Shown: positions 9,020-21,424, counted from the first letter of the stretch. The stretch: 64,000 nt of DNA from Paracoccaceae bacterium (GCA_014654775.1 JACVZW010000071.1:58465-122464); one strand, 5' to 3'. A program made the numbers and translations. The notes: a model not told the origin generated them from the letters alone.

Positions 9020-9035
9020 TGGCACGACTTCTGCA
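9020..9035 (+). promoter_or_regulatory. Sigma-54 (RpoN) type -24/-12 promoter upstream of the chemoreceptor gene
   Basis: TGGCACG-ACTT-CTGCA matches the TGGCACG-N4-TTGCA consensus at 15 of 16 positions with correct GG/GC spacing. It lies about 100 nt upstream of ATG 9137. Confidence 0.55.
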
Positions 9036-9136
9036 GTCAGCTTCACGTTCGATAAACCGGACGGCGCTATTGTCGTTACTCGTGCTGACGGAGGCCCACC
9101 CCGGACCACCGCCCTCCAGCCCATGCCAAGGTGACC

Positions 9137-10609
9137 ATGAAAGACATTTCCACGGACGAAATGCCCCTGATCGCAGATCGTGGCCCCCTCCCCGAAACGC
9201 TTGCCGCACCGGATGCCAGCACGCAACCAATGCTCGAAATCGCCGTCATCAAGGACATCGCGGTCGAAGTGGGCACCCTCTCCGTATCGCTCGCCGATGT
9301 TTCCGGCGCGGTGGAGGATGTGGACAGGCTCATGAACAGCCAGGTCGAAACCCTGCGGGGCCTGCGCGGGCTGTCGGACTCGCTCGCCCGCGGCAATGAT
9401 GCCATCCGCGACGCCGCCCGCAGCGCCCTCGGCGCCACGGTCGAGGCGCGCAACACCGTCGCCTCCGGCCAGACGCGCATTGATGCGGCGCTCGCAGATG
9501 TCACCGCCCTGGCCAATCAGGTCGCCCTCTTTGGCGAAAGGATCGAGGCGCTGACCTCCGCCCTGACCAAAGTCGCGCGCGCCGCAGGCGACATCGACGC
9601 CATCGCCCGCACCACCAACCTTCTTGCCCTCAACGCCTCGATCGAGGCTGCGCGCGCCGGCGCCGCGGGCCGCGGCTTCATGGTCGTCGCGCAAGAGGTG
9701 AAGCAGTTGTCGGGTCGCACGCAAGACGCCACCCGCCAGATCGAAAGCAATCTCGGCGATCTCACGCGCGAGATCACCGCCATCGCCGAAACCGGCCGCG
9801 CCGCCGCCGACCGCGCCGCCAAAGTCCGGCGCGAAGCGGGACATGTCTCACGCGTAATGACCGAAATCGACAGCGCCGTCCTCGCCATTGCCGACAGGCA
9901 GGACCAGATCAACGAAACCAGCGACACCGCCTCCAGCCTTGTCGCCGCGACGGAGGATGGCTTCCACGGCATCGGCGCGGGCGTCACGCAGGCGGCAGGC
10001 CGCCTTTCCGCTGCAAAGTCCAGCCTGTCCGACCTCGTCAATGCCAGCGAAAGGCTCGTCTCCTCCACCGCCCGGCTTGGCGTGGAAACCGTCGACACGC
10101 CCTATATCAACGCGGTGCGGCAGGCCGCCGCCGCCATCTCCGCCGCCTTCACCGCCGAGGTGGAGTCCGGCCGCTTCCCGCTCCGAGACCTCTTTGATCA
10201 CAGCTATCGCCCCATCCCGGGCAGCGATCCGGCACAGGTCATGGCGGCTTTCACCCCGCTCACCGACCGACTGCTGCCCGCGTTTCAAGAACCGCTTCTG
10301 TCCCTCTCTCCCGCCGTCGTCTTCTGCGCAGCGGTCGATGTGAATGGCTACCTGCCCACCCATAACCGCAAGTTCTCGCAGCCCCAGCGCGCGGGTGATC
10401 CCACATGGAACGCCGCCAACTGCCGCAACCGCCGCATCTTCGACGATCGCGTGGGGCTGGCCGCGGGGCGCAATACCAAACCTTTCCTGCTGCAATCCTA
10501 CCGCCGGGACATGGGCGGTGGCACCTTCGCCCTGATGAAGGACGTCTCCGCCCCCATCTTCGTGCTGGGCCGCCATTGGGGCGGACTCCGCCTCGCTTAC
10601 CGCGTCTAA
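9137..10609 (+). CDS. Soluble methyl-accepting chemotaxis protein with a C-terminal domain of unknown type
   Basis: The MCP signalling hairpin motif [36 protein letters not shown] lies in the N-terminal half. No TM or HAMP segment was seen. A ~170-aa C-terminal domain follows ([18 protein letters not shown]...[17 protein letters not shown]...[11 protein letters not shown]). ATG 9137 has AAGG 5 nt upstream. Confidence 0.85.
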   Translation: MKDISTDEMPLIADRGPLPETLAAPDASTQPMLEIAVIKDIAVEVGTLSVSLADVSGAVEDVDRLMNSQVETLRGLRGLSDSLARGNDAIRDAARSALGATVEARNTVASGQTRIDAALADVTALANQVALFGERIEALTSALTKVARAAGDIDAIARTTNLLALNASIEAARAGAAGRGFMVVAQEVKQLSGRTQDATRQIESNLGDLTREITAIAETGRAAADRAAKVRREAGHVSRVMTEIDSAVLAIADRQDQINETSDTASSLVAATEDGFHGIGAGVTQAAGRLSAAKSSLSDLVNASERLVSSTARLGVETVDTPYINAVRQAAAAISAAFTAEVESGRFPLRDLFDHSYRPIPGSDPAQVMAAFTPLTDRLLPAFQEPLLSLSPAVVFCAAVDVNGYLPTHNRKFSQPQRAGDPTWNAANCRNRRIFDDRVGLAAGRNTKPFLLQSYRRDMGGGTFALMKDVSAPIFVLGRHWGGLRLAYRV

Positions 10610-10682
10610 CGCGCAGGGCAGAACGGGGCGGCGGGGCGCACGGCCCCTTGCCGCCCCGCCCCCGCCATGTCACATCCCGGCC

Positions 10683-11114
10683 ATGGCCCTGCACCATCAC
10701 CCACGCCTGCGTCGCGTCATCTACGCCACCTTGTTCGAGGCGGGCGGCATCCTCCTCTCGACCGCCGTCCTTCTCGCCCTCGCCGACACTACGGCGGGCA
10801 GCAGCCTCGTCTTCTCCATCCTCGCCTCCACCGTTGCCATGCTCTGGAACCTCGCCTTCAACGCAGGGTTCGAAGCGTGGGAGACACGCCAGACCGTAAA
10901 GGGCCGCAGCCTCGCCCGCCGCACGGCGCATGCGATGCTCTTCGAGGCGGGTCTCGTCCTTTTCCTCCTCCCGCTCACGATGTGGTGGTTCTCCGTCACC
11001 CTCCTGCAGGCGCTGGCCTATGAGGCCGCGCTGATCATCGCCTTCCTGATCTACACATGGGTCTTCACCTGGGCCTTCGACCGCCTTTTCGGCCTGCCCG
11101 CATCAGCCCGTTGA
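10683..11114 (+). CDS. PACE-family (AceI-like) efflux transporter, two BTP domains
   Basis: 143 aa with four predicted TM helices and a duplicated motif RRVIYATLFEAG / RRTAHAMLFEAG. Confidence 0.6.
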   Translation: MALHHHPRLRRVIYATLFEAGGILLSTAVLLALADTTAGSSLVFSILASTVAMLWNLAFNAGFEAWETRQTVKGRSLARRTAHAMLFEAGLVLFLLPLTMWWFSVTLLQALAYEAALIIAFLIYTWVFTWAFDRLFGLPASAR

Positions 11115-11163
11115 CCCGTAATCCGGGCAGCCACACTGCGCCCGCCCGCCGCCCCGCAAAGCC

Positions 11164-11191
11164 TTGCACTCCTGCGGCCTTTCTGTATAAG
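11164..11191 (+). promoter_or_regulatory. Candidate sigma-70 promoter of the rpsF-rpsR-rplI operon
   Basis: TTGCAC-N16-TATAAG, leaving a leader of roughly 105 nt before the rpsF ATG. Confidence 0.45.
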
Positions 11192-11301
11192 GCCCCATCC
11201 TTTCCGCATTTAACACGAACCGGCGCAGCCTCTCGTGGACGGGCCGCGGAAAGGCCGAACGCCCGCCCTATGAAATGCGCCTTGTCAGAACTGGAGTGCA
11301 C

Positions 11302-11739
11302 ATGGCTCTTTACGAGCATGTCTTCATCGCGCGCCAAGACCTTTCCAACGCGCAGGCCGAAGGCCTTATCGAACATTTCTCCACGGTTCTCGCGGACAAC
11401 GGCGGCAAGGTCGTCGAGTCGGAGTACTGGGGCGTCAAGACGATGGCCTATAAGATCAACAAGAACCGCAAGGGCCATTACGCCTTCCTGCGTTCCGATG
11501 CCCCCTCTGCCGCCGTGCAAGAGATGGAGCGTCTGATGCGCCTGCATGACGACGTCATGCGCGTGCTGACCATCAAGGTCGAAACGCACAGCGAAGGCCC
11601 CTCGGTCCAGATGCAAAAGCGCGACGACCGTGAACGCGGCGACCGTCCCGAGGGCGGCTTCGGCGGTGGCGAACGCCGCGAACGCAGCTTCGGCGACCGT
11701 CCGGAACGCACGGGCGACCGTGGCGGCTTCCGTCGTTGA
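11302..11739 (+). CDS. rpsF: 30S ribosomal protein S6
   Basis: [15 protein letters not shown]... with an acidic/Arg-rich tail. Start at ATG 11302. Confidence 0.95.
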   Translation: MALYEHVFIARQDLSNAQAEGLIEHFSTVLADNGGKVVESEYWGVKTMAYKINKNRKGHYAFLRSDAPSAAVQEMERLMRLHDDVMRVLTIKVETHSEGPSVQMQKRDDRERGDRPEGGFGGGERRERSFGDRPERTGDRGGFRR

Positions 11740-11765
11740 TCAGGCTCAGGAAAGGACCATAACCC

Positions 11766-11993
11766 ATGGCGAACAAACCGTTTTTCCGCCGCCGCAAGGT
11801 CTGCCCCTTCTCGGGCGACAATGCTCCCGCGATCGACTACAAGGACGTCCGTCTCCTGCAGCGCTACATTTCCGAGCGTGGCAAGATCGTTCCGTCCCGC
11901 ATCACCGCCGTCTCGGCGAAAAAGCAGCGTGAACTGGCGCAGGCGATCAAGCGCGCCCGCTTCCTCGCCCTGCTTCCCTATGCCGTGAAGTAA
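11766..11993 (+). CDS. rpsR: 30S ribosomal protein S18
   Basis: [10 protein letters not shown]...[19 protein letters not shown]. Confidence 0.96.
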   Translation: MANKPFFRRRKVCPFSGDNAPAIDYKDVRLLQRYISERGKIVPSRITAVSAKKQRELAQAIKRARFLALLPYAVK

Positions 11994-12005
11994 GGAGAGA
12001 CCCAC

Positions 12006-12578
12006 ATGCAAGTCATCCTCCTTCAGCGCGTGGCCAAACTTGGCCAGATGGGCGAAGTCGTGAACGTCAAGGACGGCTACGCCCGCAACTTCCTCCTGCC
12101 GCAGGGCAAAGCGCTCCGCGCCAACGAGGCGAACATCAAATCCTTCGAGGCCAAGAAGGCCCAGCTCGAGGCGCAAAACCTCGAGACCAAGAAGGAAGCC
12201 GACGCCGTTGCAGCCAAGCTCGACGGTCAGGCCTTTGTGGTGATTCGGTCCGCCTCCGACGCCGGTGCGCTTTACGGCTCCGTCACCACCCGTGACGCCG
12301 CCGATGCCGCGACCGCAGCCGGGTTCACCGTGAACCGGGCTCAGGTCGTGCTGGATCGTCCGATCAAGGATCTGGGCCTGCACACCGTCACGGTCGTGCT
12401 GCACCCGGAAGTGACCGTCAAGGTCACGATCAACGTCGCCCGCTCGGTCGAAGAGGCCGAACTGCAGGCTTCGGGCAAGTCGATCCAGGAACTGGCGGCC
12501 GAAGCTGATGCCGCAGCCGATTTCGAAATCGCCGAGCTTTTCGACGATATCGGCGGCGCAGCCTCCGAAGACGCCTAA
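12006..12578 (+). CDS. rplI: 50S ribosomal protein L9
   Basis: [36 protein letters not shown]. Confidence 0.96.
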   Translation: MQVILLQRVAKLGQMGEVVNVKDGYARNFLLPQGKALRANEANIKSFEAKKAQLEAQNLETKKEADAVAAKLDGQAFVVIRSASDAGALYGSVTTRDAADAATAAGFTVNRAQVVLDRPIKDLGLHTVTVVLHPEVTVKVTINVARSVEEAELQASGKSIQELAAEADAAADFEIAELFDDIGGAASEDA

Positions 12579-12601
12579 TCCTCGCCGCAAGGCTGGAACC
12601 G

Positions 12602-12633
12602 AAAACCGCGCGGGGCGACCCGCGCGGTTTTTT
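12602..12633 (+). terminator. Rho-independent terminator after rplI
   Basis: AACCGCGCGG-ggcga-CCCGCGCGGTT followed by TTTTTCTT. Confidence 0.8.
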
Positions 12634-12753
12634 CTTGCCATGTGCCCTGCGAGGTCACGGCCCCCAGCCGCGACATGCCCATGTCGCACCCGCCCAAGCC
12701 AAGCCCATCGCCGCAGCCTAGCCTGCCCCCAACCTGCTGGCCAAAGGACGCGC

Positions 12754-13686
12754 ATGACGACCACCGCCCCGCCCCTGCCCGGCCAGACCGCGAAAGGCAT
12801 CGCCTTCCTCGTGGCGGGCGTCGCCGTTTTCTCCATCCAGGACCTGATCCTGAAGCTGCTCTCGGGCGACTATCCACTGCATCAGGCGATGCTCTTGCGC
12901 TCATTCACCGCGATCCCCTTCCTCCTCCTGCTCGTGCATTGGGAAGGGGGCTTGCGCAGCCTCTTCACCCCCGGCACCCGCGCCATGATCTGGCGCGGCG
13001 GCGTGATGTTCGCGGCCTATACCTGCTACTACCTCGCGCTGGCCGCCCTGCCCATGGCCACCACCGTCGCACTCTATTTCTCTGCGCCCCTCTTCATCAC
13101 GATTCTATCGGTCTTCTTTCTTGCCGAAAAGGTCGGCCCCCGCCGCTGGATCGCGCTGATGGCGGGCTTTGCGGGCGTGCTCATCATGGTCCGCCCCGGC
13201 GGCACGCTTTTCGACTGGGCGGCGCTGCTGCCCGTGACCTCAGGCCTGACCTATGCCATCTCCATGATCACCGCCCGCCGCCTCGGCACCACGGAAACCG
13301 CCTCGGCGCTGGCCTTCTGGGGCAATGCCGTCTTCCTTCTGGGCGCCATTCTTCTGTCCGCCATCTTCGGCAGCGGCGCGTGGGAAGGCGACGCCCATCC
13401 CTCCCTCGCCTTTCTGCTGCGCGGCTGGGCCATGCCCACCGCCTTCGACCTCATGCTGATGATGGCCTGCGGGGTCATCGCCGCCATCGGTCTGACCCTG
13501 CTGACCCAAGCCTATCGCGTGGCCGAAGCCTCGGTCGTCACGCCCTTCGAATATACTGGGCTGATCTGGTCGGTGATCTATGGCTGGGTCTTCTGGCAGG
13601 ACTGGCCCAATGGCACCGATTGGACCGGGATTGCCATCATCGTCGGCGCGGGTCTCTACATCCTCTGGCGCGAGGCACGCCGATAG
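12754..13686 (+). CDS. DMT-superfamily (EamA-like) permease
   Basis: 310 aa, about 10 TM helices, two EamA-like halves. Start at ATG 12754 (MTTTAPPLPGQTAKGIAFLVAG). Confidence 0.8.
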   Translation: MTTTAPPLPGQTAKGIAFLVAGVAVFSIQDLILKLLSGDYPLHQAMLLRSFTAIPFLLLLVHWEGGLRSLFTPGTRAMIWRGGVMFAAYTCYYLALAALPMATTVALYFSAPLFITILSVFFLAEKVGPRRWIALMAGFAGVLIMVRPGGTLFDWAALLPVTSGLTYAISMITARRLGTTETASALAFWGNAVFLLGAILLSAIFGSGAWEGDAHPSLAFLLRGWAMPTAFDLMLMMACGVIAAIGLTLLTQAYRVAEASVVTPFEYTGLIWSVIYGWVFWQDWPNGTDWTGIAIIVGAGLYILWREARR

Positions 13687-13716
13687 CAAAAGGGCCGGGG
13701 TGATCCCCCGGCCCTT
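13686..13716 (-). terminator. Terminator hairpin shared by convergent tig and the EamA gene (T-tract on the tig side)
   Basis: GGGCCGGGG-tgat-CCCCGGCCC. The minus strand continues with TTTTGC. Confidence 0.6.
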
Positions 13717-13740
13717 CCAACCTCCCCAGATGGGAAAGTC

Positions 13741-15075
13741 TTACATCTCGTCCAGCGCCTCGATGGCCTTCTGAAGCTCGTCCTTGGCGACTTCCTTCTC
13801 GGTCACCTTGGCCCCGGCCACGATATGGTCGACGACCTTGTCCTCGAAGATCGGCGCGCGCAGCTGCTGCTGCACCTGCTGGTTCTTCTGCACGAACTCG
13901 AAATAGGCGCGCTCCTGCCCCGGATAGTTGCGGGCCTGTGCCAGCACGGCCTGCGTCATCTCCGCATCCGTCACCGTCACCTCGGCCTTGCGCCCGACTT
14001 CGGCCAGCAGCAGGCCCAGACGCACGCGGCGCTCGGCCAGCGTCTTATGCTCGTCCGTCGGCTCGATATTGCCGTGGTTGTGGCCGTGCTCATGCGGGTT
14101 TTCCTCATGCCACAGCTGATGCGCGATCTGCGCAGCTTCGGCATCGACCAGACGCGCGGGAAGGTCGAACTTCACCAACCCGTCCAGCTGATCCAAAAGC
14201 GCCCGCTTCATCACAGCGCGCGAGGCGCCCTTGTATTCGGATTCGAGGCGCTCCGCGATCTGGCCCTTCAGCGCGGCCAGATCCTCGGCCCCGTACTTCT
14301 TGGCCAGCTCGTCATCGATCTCGGCGGGCTTGGCTTCCTTCACCGCCTTCACGGTGCAGGCAAAGACGGCGGCCTTCCCGGCCAGATGCTTGGCACCATA
14401 TTCCTCGGGGAAGGTCACGTTGACCGAAACCTCGTCGCCGACCTTGGCACCGACCAACTGATCCTCGAAGCCCGGGATGAAGGACTTGGAGCCGAGCACC
14501 AGCGGATAATCCTCGGCCGAGCCGCCCTCGAACAGTTCGCCATCGACCGACCCTTTGAAGTCGATCACGATCTGGTCGCCGTCCTTGGCCTTGGCGCCCT
14601 TCTTGCGGTCCTCGAAATTCTTGGCATTGCCGGCGAGGTTCGCCAGCGCCTCATCGATATCGGCCTCCGACGCCTTCACGACCAGCTTTTCCAGCACGAT
14701 CTTTCCGGCATCCAGCTCCGGGATCGGCGGCAGCGCCTCGTAGGACATCTCGACGACGACATCCTTGCCCTCGGCCCAAGTTTCGCCGTCCACCATCTTG
14801 ACGTCCGGCTGCAGCGCGGGGCGGTCACCGGTCTTGTCGAAGTGATCCTTCATCGCGCCGTCGATCGCGTCCTGCATCGCATCGCCCAGCAGGCGCTGGC
14901 CGAACTGCTTTTTCAGGATCGCCAGCGGCACCTTGCCCTTGCGGAAACCCTTCATCTCGATCTCGGGCTGCGCCTCGACCAGCTTTTCCTGCACCTTCGC
15001 GTCCAGCTCGGCCGCCGTCACCGTGATGGTGTAGGCGCGCTTCAGACCTTCGTTCAGGGTCTCGGTGACCTGCAT
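13741..15075 (-). CDS. tig: Trigger factor
   Basis: [19 protein letters not shown]..., GFRKGKVP ribosome-binding motif, central FKBP-like domain. Confidence 0.95.
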   Translation of the reverse strand: MQVTETLNEGLKRAYTITVTAAELDAKVQEKLVEAQPEIEMKGFRKGKVPLAILKKQFGQRLLGDAMQDAIDGAMKDHFDKTGDRPALQPDVKMVDGETWAEGKDVVVEMSYEALPPIPELDAGKIVLEKLVVKASEADIDEALANLAGNAKNFEDRKKGAKAKDGDQIVIDFKGSVDGELFEGGSAEDYPLVLGSKSFIPGFEDQLVGAKVGDEVSVNVTFPEEYGAKHLAGKAAVFACTVKAVKEAKPAEIDDELAKKYGAEDLAALKGQIAERLESEYKGASRAVMKRALLDQLDGLVKFDLPARLVDAEAAQIAHQLWHEENPHEHGHNHGNIEPTDEHKTLAERRVRLGLLLAEVGRKAEVTVTDAEMTQAVLAQARNYPGQERAYFEFVQKNQQVQQQLRAPIFEDKVVDHIVAGAKVTEKEVAKDELQKAIEALDEM

Positions 15076-15100
15076 TCTATCGTCCTTCTCATCTCATCCC

Positions 15101-15185
15101 TGGTGCGGGCGAAGGGACTTGAACCCCCACGCCGTAAGGCGCCGGAACCTAAATCCGGTGCGTCTGCCAATTCCGCCACGCCCGC
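15101..15185 (-). tRNA. tRNA-Leu (anticodon TAG)
   Basis: Reverse complement GCGGGCGTGGCGGAATTGGCAGACGCACCGGATTTAGGTTCCGGCGCCTTACGGCGTGGGGGTTCAAGTCCCTTCGCCCGCACCA. It has a 7-bp acceptor stem, anticodon loop TT-TAG-GT, a long variable arm, a TTCAAGT T-loop and an encoded CCA. Confidence 0.9.
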
Positions 15186-15319
15186 AAACTGCCCAAAGCG
15201 CGCCCGTCCGTCCCCTCAGGTCCGGCCCGCACGCGCCCTGAAAATTCCGCGTCCTTCTAGCAAAGCCCCAAGGGGGATGCGAGAGGAAAATGCCGCGCTC
15301 CGCCGCGCCATCGGCGGAC

Positions 15320-15365
15320 CAAATTCCTTCGAAGGAATTTGCAATTTTCTTCGAAGAAAATTTGC
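15320..15365. repeat. Repeat family B, copy B1 (AT-rich TTCGAA-centred palindromes)
   Basis: CAAATTCCTTCGAAGGAATTTG plus GCAATTTTCTTCGAAGAAAATTTGC, abutting the nnr stop codon. Confidence 0.8.
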
Positions 15366-17366
<2,001 letters not shown>

Positions 17367-17440
17367 TACCGGGGCCGAACCCATCCCCGCCCGGGCCCTC
17401 GCCCAAGGCGGAAACTGAAACAACCAAACCGAAAGGCATC

Positions 17441-18853
17441 ATGATGAGCGCAGTAAAGAATGCTCTGAAGCTGATGAAGGACGAGGAAGTCGAATATGTC
17501 GACATCCGCTTCACCGACCCGAAGGGCAAGCTTCAGCACGTCACCCTCGTGGCCGATCTCGTGGATGAAGACTTCTTCGAGGAAGGCTTCATGTTCGACG
17601 GCTCCTCCATCGCTGGCTGGAAGTCGATCGACCAGTCCGACATGAAGCTCATCCCCGATGCCTCGTCGGTCTATATCGACCCGTTCTATGCCGAAAAGAC
17701 GATGTGCGTGCATTGCAACGTCGTCGAACCCGACACCGGCGAAGCCTACAGCCGCGACCCGCGCGGCACGGCCATGAAGGCCGAGGCCTACCTGAAATCC
17801 TCGGGCGTCGGTGATGCCGCCTATTTCGGCCCCGAAGCCGAATTCTTCATCTTCGACGACGTCCGCTACCAGATCGCGCCGAACAAGGTGTCCTACCAGA
17901 TCGACGCCGAAGCCGCCGCTTGGAACACCGACACCGTGATGGAAGGGGGCAACCTCGCCCACCGCGCCAACTACAAGGGCGGCTACTTCCCGGTGAACCC
18001 GATCGACGAGGCGCAGGACATCCGCGGCGAGATGCTCTCCACGATGAAGCGCATGGGCATCAAGGTCGACAAGCACCACCACGAAGTGGCGACCTGCCAG
18101 CACGAACTTGGCATGATCTTCGGCGGGCTGGTTCAGCAGGCCGACAACATCCAGAAGTACAAGTACGTGATCCACAACGTCGCGGCCGCCTATGGCAAGA
18201 CCGTGACCTTCATGCCCAAGCCCATGAAGGGCGACAACGGGTCGGGCATGCACGTGAACATGTCGATCTGGAAGGAAGGCAAGCCGCTCTTCGCAGGCGA
18301 CAAATATGCTGACCTCTCGCAGGAAGCGCTCTACTTCATCGGCGGCATCCTCAAGCATGCCAAGGCGCTGAACGCGATCACCAACCCGTCGACCAACTCC
18401 TACAAGCGCCTGATCCCCGGCTTCGAAGCCCCGGTTCTGCGCGCCTATTCCGCCCGCAACCGCTCGGGCTGCGTCCGGATCCCGTGGACGGAATCGCCGA
18501 AGGCCAAGCGCGTCGAGGCCCGCTTCCCCGATCCGTCGGCCAACCCCTATCTGGCCTTCGCGGCGCTTCTGATGGCCGGCCTTGACGGCATCAAGAACAA
18601 GATCGATCCGGGCCCGGCGTCCGACAAGGACCTCTACGATCTGCCGCCGGAAGAACTGGCCGCCATCCCCACCGTCTGCGGCTCGCTCCGCGAGGCGCTG
18701 GAAGAGCTGGAGAAGGACCACGACTTCCTGCTCGCGGGCGACGTCTTCACCAAGGATCAGCTCGAAGGCTACATGGCGCTCAAGTGGGAAGAGGTCTACG
18801 CCTTCGAACACACGCCGCATCCGATCGAATATCAGATGTATTACAGCTGCTGA
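17441..18853 (+). CDS. glnA: Glutamine synthetase type I
   Basis: 470 aa with the GSI motifs FDGSSI, GSGMH and NPYL. The adenylylation-site region DLYDLPPEE is present. Confidence 0.97.
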   Translation: MMSAVKNALKLMKDEEVEYVDIRFTDPKGKLQHVTLVADLVDEDFFEEGFMFDGSSIAGWKSIDQSDMKLIPDASSVYIDPFYAEKTMCVHCNVVEPDTGEAYSRDPRGTAMKAEAYLKSSGVGDAAYFGPEAEFFIFDDVRYQIAPNKVSYQIDAEAAAWNTDTVMEGGNLAHRANYKGGYFPVNPIDEAQDIRGEMLSTMKRMGIKVDKHHHEVATCQHELGMIFGGLVQQADNIQKYKYVIHNVAAAYGKTVTFMPKPMKGDNGSGMHVNMSIWKEGKPLFAGDKYADLSQEALYFIGGILKHAKALNAITNPSTNSYKRLIPGFEAPVLRAYSARNRSGCVRIPWTESPKAKRVEARFPDPSANPYLAFAALLMAGLDGIKNKIDPGPASDKDLYDLPPEELAAIPTVCGSLREALEELEKDHDFLLAGDVFTKDQLEGYMALKWEEVYAFEHTPHPIEYQMYYSC

Positions 18854-18882
18854 TCTCCGGATCGGCTGCCACAATCTTCTCA

Positions 18883-18915
18883 AAAGGGCCGCAATCAGCG
18901 GCCCTTTACTTTTTT
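18883..18915 (+). terminator. Rho-independent terminator after glnA
   Basis: AAAGGGCCGC-aatca-GCGGCCCTTT followed by ACTTTTTT. Confidence 0.8.
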
Positions 18916-19083
18916 CCGACACAGCAGAAGGGCGGCAAACCGGCGGTTTCTTGACATTAACGAACAGAAATTCGCCCGTGGATTGCAACAAATACAGGGA
19001 TTGCCGCGAACCGGTCCACAGAAAGGCCAAATTATGGACACGATTCGGTGTTTGCCTTCCCCAAACAACAGGGGAATGCTGCC

Positions 19084-20274
19084 ATGCTTGATTGCGATGC
19101 CTCCTTCGTTTCGGTGCCCGAGTTTGCCTCGATCCGTCGCTCCCTCCCCAACCGTCTGATGGCCGCCACGGCCCTGCCGGACGGCCCGGAAGCGACCCTC
19201 GCCAGACCCGCGTCCGCGCCCTTATACAAGGCAGAACGGCAAGCTGAAGAAAGCTTTACCGCCATGTGCCCGGCTTTCGTCGATCACCTGCCGGTCTCCG
19301 AACTGCCGCCGATCCCGGTTCCGCCCCTCGCGGACCTGCGCATCGAGGCCGCGCAGAGCTTCGCCCCCGCCCGGGATGACGAAGACGAGGACCTCTCTCA
19401 GCCCGCCGCCGAAGCTGCAGCAGAGGCCGATGCCGAGGCCCGGCCCGTGATCCCGCGCCGCCCCCTCCGCTTCACTGCCGCGCGCGGTGCGGAAGACGCA
19501 GCGCCGATCACCCTGCCCAGCTTCGACCTTTTCGACGGCGTCTTCGATGATGCGGGCCTCGACGGCCCCGGCGTCGATCCGCGCCTGCAACGCAGCCGCG
19601 CCCGCGCCCGCGCCCAACTCGCCCTGATGGAGGCCGCGCTCACCCCGGTGGAACGCAACCTCTGGCACGACGATCCCGAACCCGAAGTGTCGGTCCAGCC
19701 CGTGCTGACCCGCAGCGGACGGGAAACCGCCGCCGCGCCGTCCCCCGAGGCCGCGCCCCGCGCCGAAGGCGCACCCGTGCCCCGCCGTCCGGTGCGCCAA
19801 CTGGCGGCCTCCGACCTCCGGCGCACTCCACGCCCGGCCCCGCAGATCCACGATCCACTGCGCGACCGCCTGCGTGACCTGCGCGACATCCTCTACACCC
19901 CGACCCCGGAAGAGGCCGAAGCCGCCGCCCTCGCCGCCGCCCAACCGCAGCGCCAACCGCTTCCGCAGCGCGCTCTCGCGCTGATGGGGCAGATGGTGGC
20001 CCTTCTCCTGACCCTGCTGCAGGTGGTCCCCGCACTGGCCCGCAGCCTGACTGCCGCGCTGCCGAAGGTCGTGCCGCAAACGGCCCGCGCCGCGCTGCCC
20101 AAGGCCCTGCCTGCAGGACGGACACGAATGCTGACCGGAACCTTGGCGCAGGCGCTATACCGCGTCCTTCCCGCCCCGGCCTTGGCCCCCCGCCTCGCCG
20201 CCGCCGCCGCACTGGCCGTCACAGCCAGTCCGCTCGGCCTGACCGTCCCGCCCGACCTCTTATCGCTCCTCTGA
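19084..20274 (+). CDS. Hypothetical Pro/Ala/Arg-rich protein with a hydrophobic C-terminal region
   Basis: Long ORF with G/C-ending codons typical of this genome. Low-complexity, acidic and Pro-rich middle; C-terminal LMGQMVALLLTLLQVVPALA. No family recognised. ATG 19084 is preferred over GTG 19048. Confidence 0.5.
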   Translation: MLDCDASFVSVPEFASIRRSLPNRLMAATALPDGPEATLARPASAPLYKAERQAEESFTAMCPAFVDHLPVSELPPIPVPPLADLRIEAAQSFAPARDDEDEDLSQPAAEAAAEADAEARPVIPRRPLRFTAARGAEDAAPITLPSFDLFDGVFDDAGLDGPGVDPRLQRSRARARAQLALMEAALTPVERNLWHDDPEPEVSVQPVLTRSGRETAAAPSPEAAPRAEGAPVPRRPVRQLAASDLRRTPRPAPQIHDPLRDRLRDLRDILYTPTPEEAEAAALAAAQPQRQPLPQRALALMGQMVALLLTLLQVVPALARSLTAALPKVVPQTARAALPKALPAGRTRMLTGTLAQALYRVLPAPALAPRLAAAAALAVTASPLGLTVPPDLLSLL

Positions 20275-20517
20275 TCCCGGCGACGGGCGCGACTCAGCCA
20301 AAGGTTGCACCCGCCCCGCTGTTCACAGGCAAGATACAACCCAAGGATGATCGGCGGATATCCGCCAGAACCGGGCCAATCGCGGCAACAATAGGGCATC
20401 AAGCCCGGCCGATCCGGCCAATTTCCACAAACTGATCCGAAAAACGGCACAATTTTCAGTAATCCTTAAGAACACGCGACGCCCGTGGGGGGCAGAACGG
20501 GAAAGGAGGGTTGGACG

Positions 20518-21420
20518 ATGGCTTTGGATGACAGCACCATCGCCCAGTTCGTGTTCGATCGTGATCCGGCGCTCAATCTCGGGCTTCTGGTCAAAGAACT
20601 GGATGCAGCGCTCGAACGCTCGGGTGCAGGACGCCGCAACATCACTTGGGATTGCGACGATGTCGCCATCCTTGATCTCGACGCCGTGCGCTTCACGCTT
20701 TCCTACACCGGCGAAGCCGCCCTTGGCCTGCCCGCCAGCCTGATGATCTCGGTCGGCCCCGGCCCGAACCGCCAGAACGATCCCACCGACCGCCGCCGCT
20801 ATGAGGGGCTCTGCCATCTCATCGCTGAACGGCTCCGCGCCCGCTTTGCTCCGCGCGAAACGCTCTGGCATCAGGTGGCTGGCCCCGTCACCACCGATCT
20901 GGTGGACGATCTTTTCGACCGCCTCCCCGATCTGTCAAACGGCACGCCGCGCCCCATGACCCGCCGCTCCGCCCCGGCCGAGGCGATCCGCGCCTTCCCC
21001 GAGGCCGAGGTGGGCATGCCCGTCTCCTTCGTGGAAAAGGCCATGGCCATCAAGGCCGCCAAGGCCGAACGCGCCCGCGCCGCGATGCAATCCCTGTCCG
21101 GCACCCGGGGCACCGCCGCCCCGCGACCGGCGAACGATGCCCCCGGCCCGCATGCCCATAGCCCGGAACTCGGCCGCGTGCGCGCGGCCCTCTACCCGGA
21201 CGCGGACACCCCGCCCGAGAATGTGCGCATGCGCCTTGCCGCCTCCACGCTCGACGTCACGCTGATGGCCGTCTTCCTGCCGATGGGGGCCGCGATGCTC
21301 ACCTGCTCGCTCTTGCGCGGTGGCGACGTGAACGTCTCCGCCCGTGTCATGGCGCTGACCTGCACCATGATCGGCATCGCGCATTTCTTCGGGATCAGCC
21401 CGGTCGGCATGTCGATCTGA
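20518..21420 (+). CDS. Hypothetical protein with C-terminal TM helices
   Basis: ATG 20518 is preceded by GGAAAGGAGGG. A globular N-terminal ~130 aa, then a disordered linker, then two predicted TM helices. No family recognised. Confidence 0.5.
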   Translation: MALDDSTIAQFVFDRDPALNLGLLVKELDAALERSGAGRRNITWDCDDVAILDLDAVRFTLSYTGEAALGLPASLMISVGPGPNRQNDPTDRRRYEGLCHLIAERLRARFAPRETLWHQVAGPVTTDLVDDLFDRLPDLSNGTPRPMTRRSAPAEAIRAFPEAEVGMPVSFVEKAMAIKAAKAERARAAMQSLSGTRGTAAPRPANDAPGPHAHSPELGRVRAALYPDADTPPENVRMRLAASTLDVTLMAVFLPMGAAMLTCSLLRGGDVNVSARVMALTCTMIGIAHFFGISPVGMSI

Positions 21421-21424
21421 CAGG

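Noticed and set aside
9011-9026. The first TGGCACG as an independent sigma-54 promoter.
   Set aside because: Its -12 position falls on GGCAC with the wrong spacing. Only the second unit (9020-9035) fits the consensus.
18951-18975. TTGACA followed by TTAACGAACAGAAAT upstream of the hypothetical gene, considered as a sigma-70 promoter or CtrA box.
   Set aside because: No acceptable -10 element lies at 16-18 bp, and only one TTAA half-site is present (TTAA-N7-AAAT).
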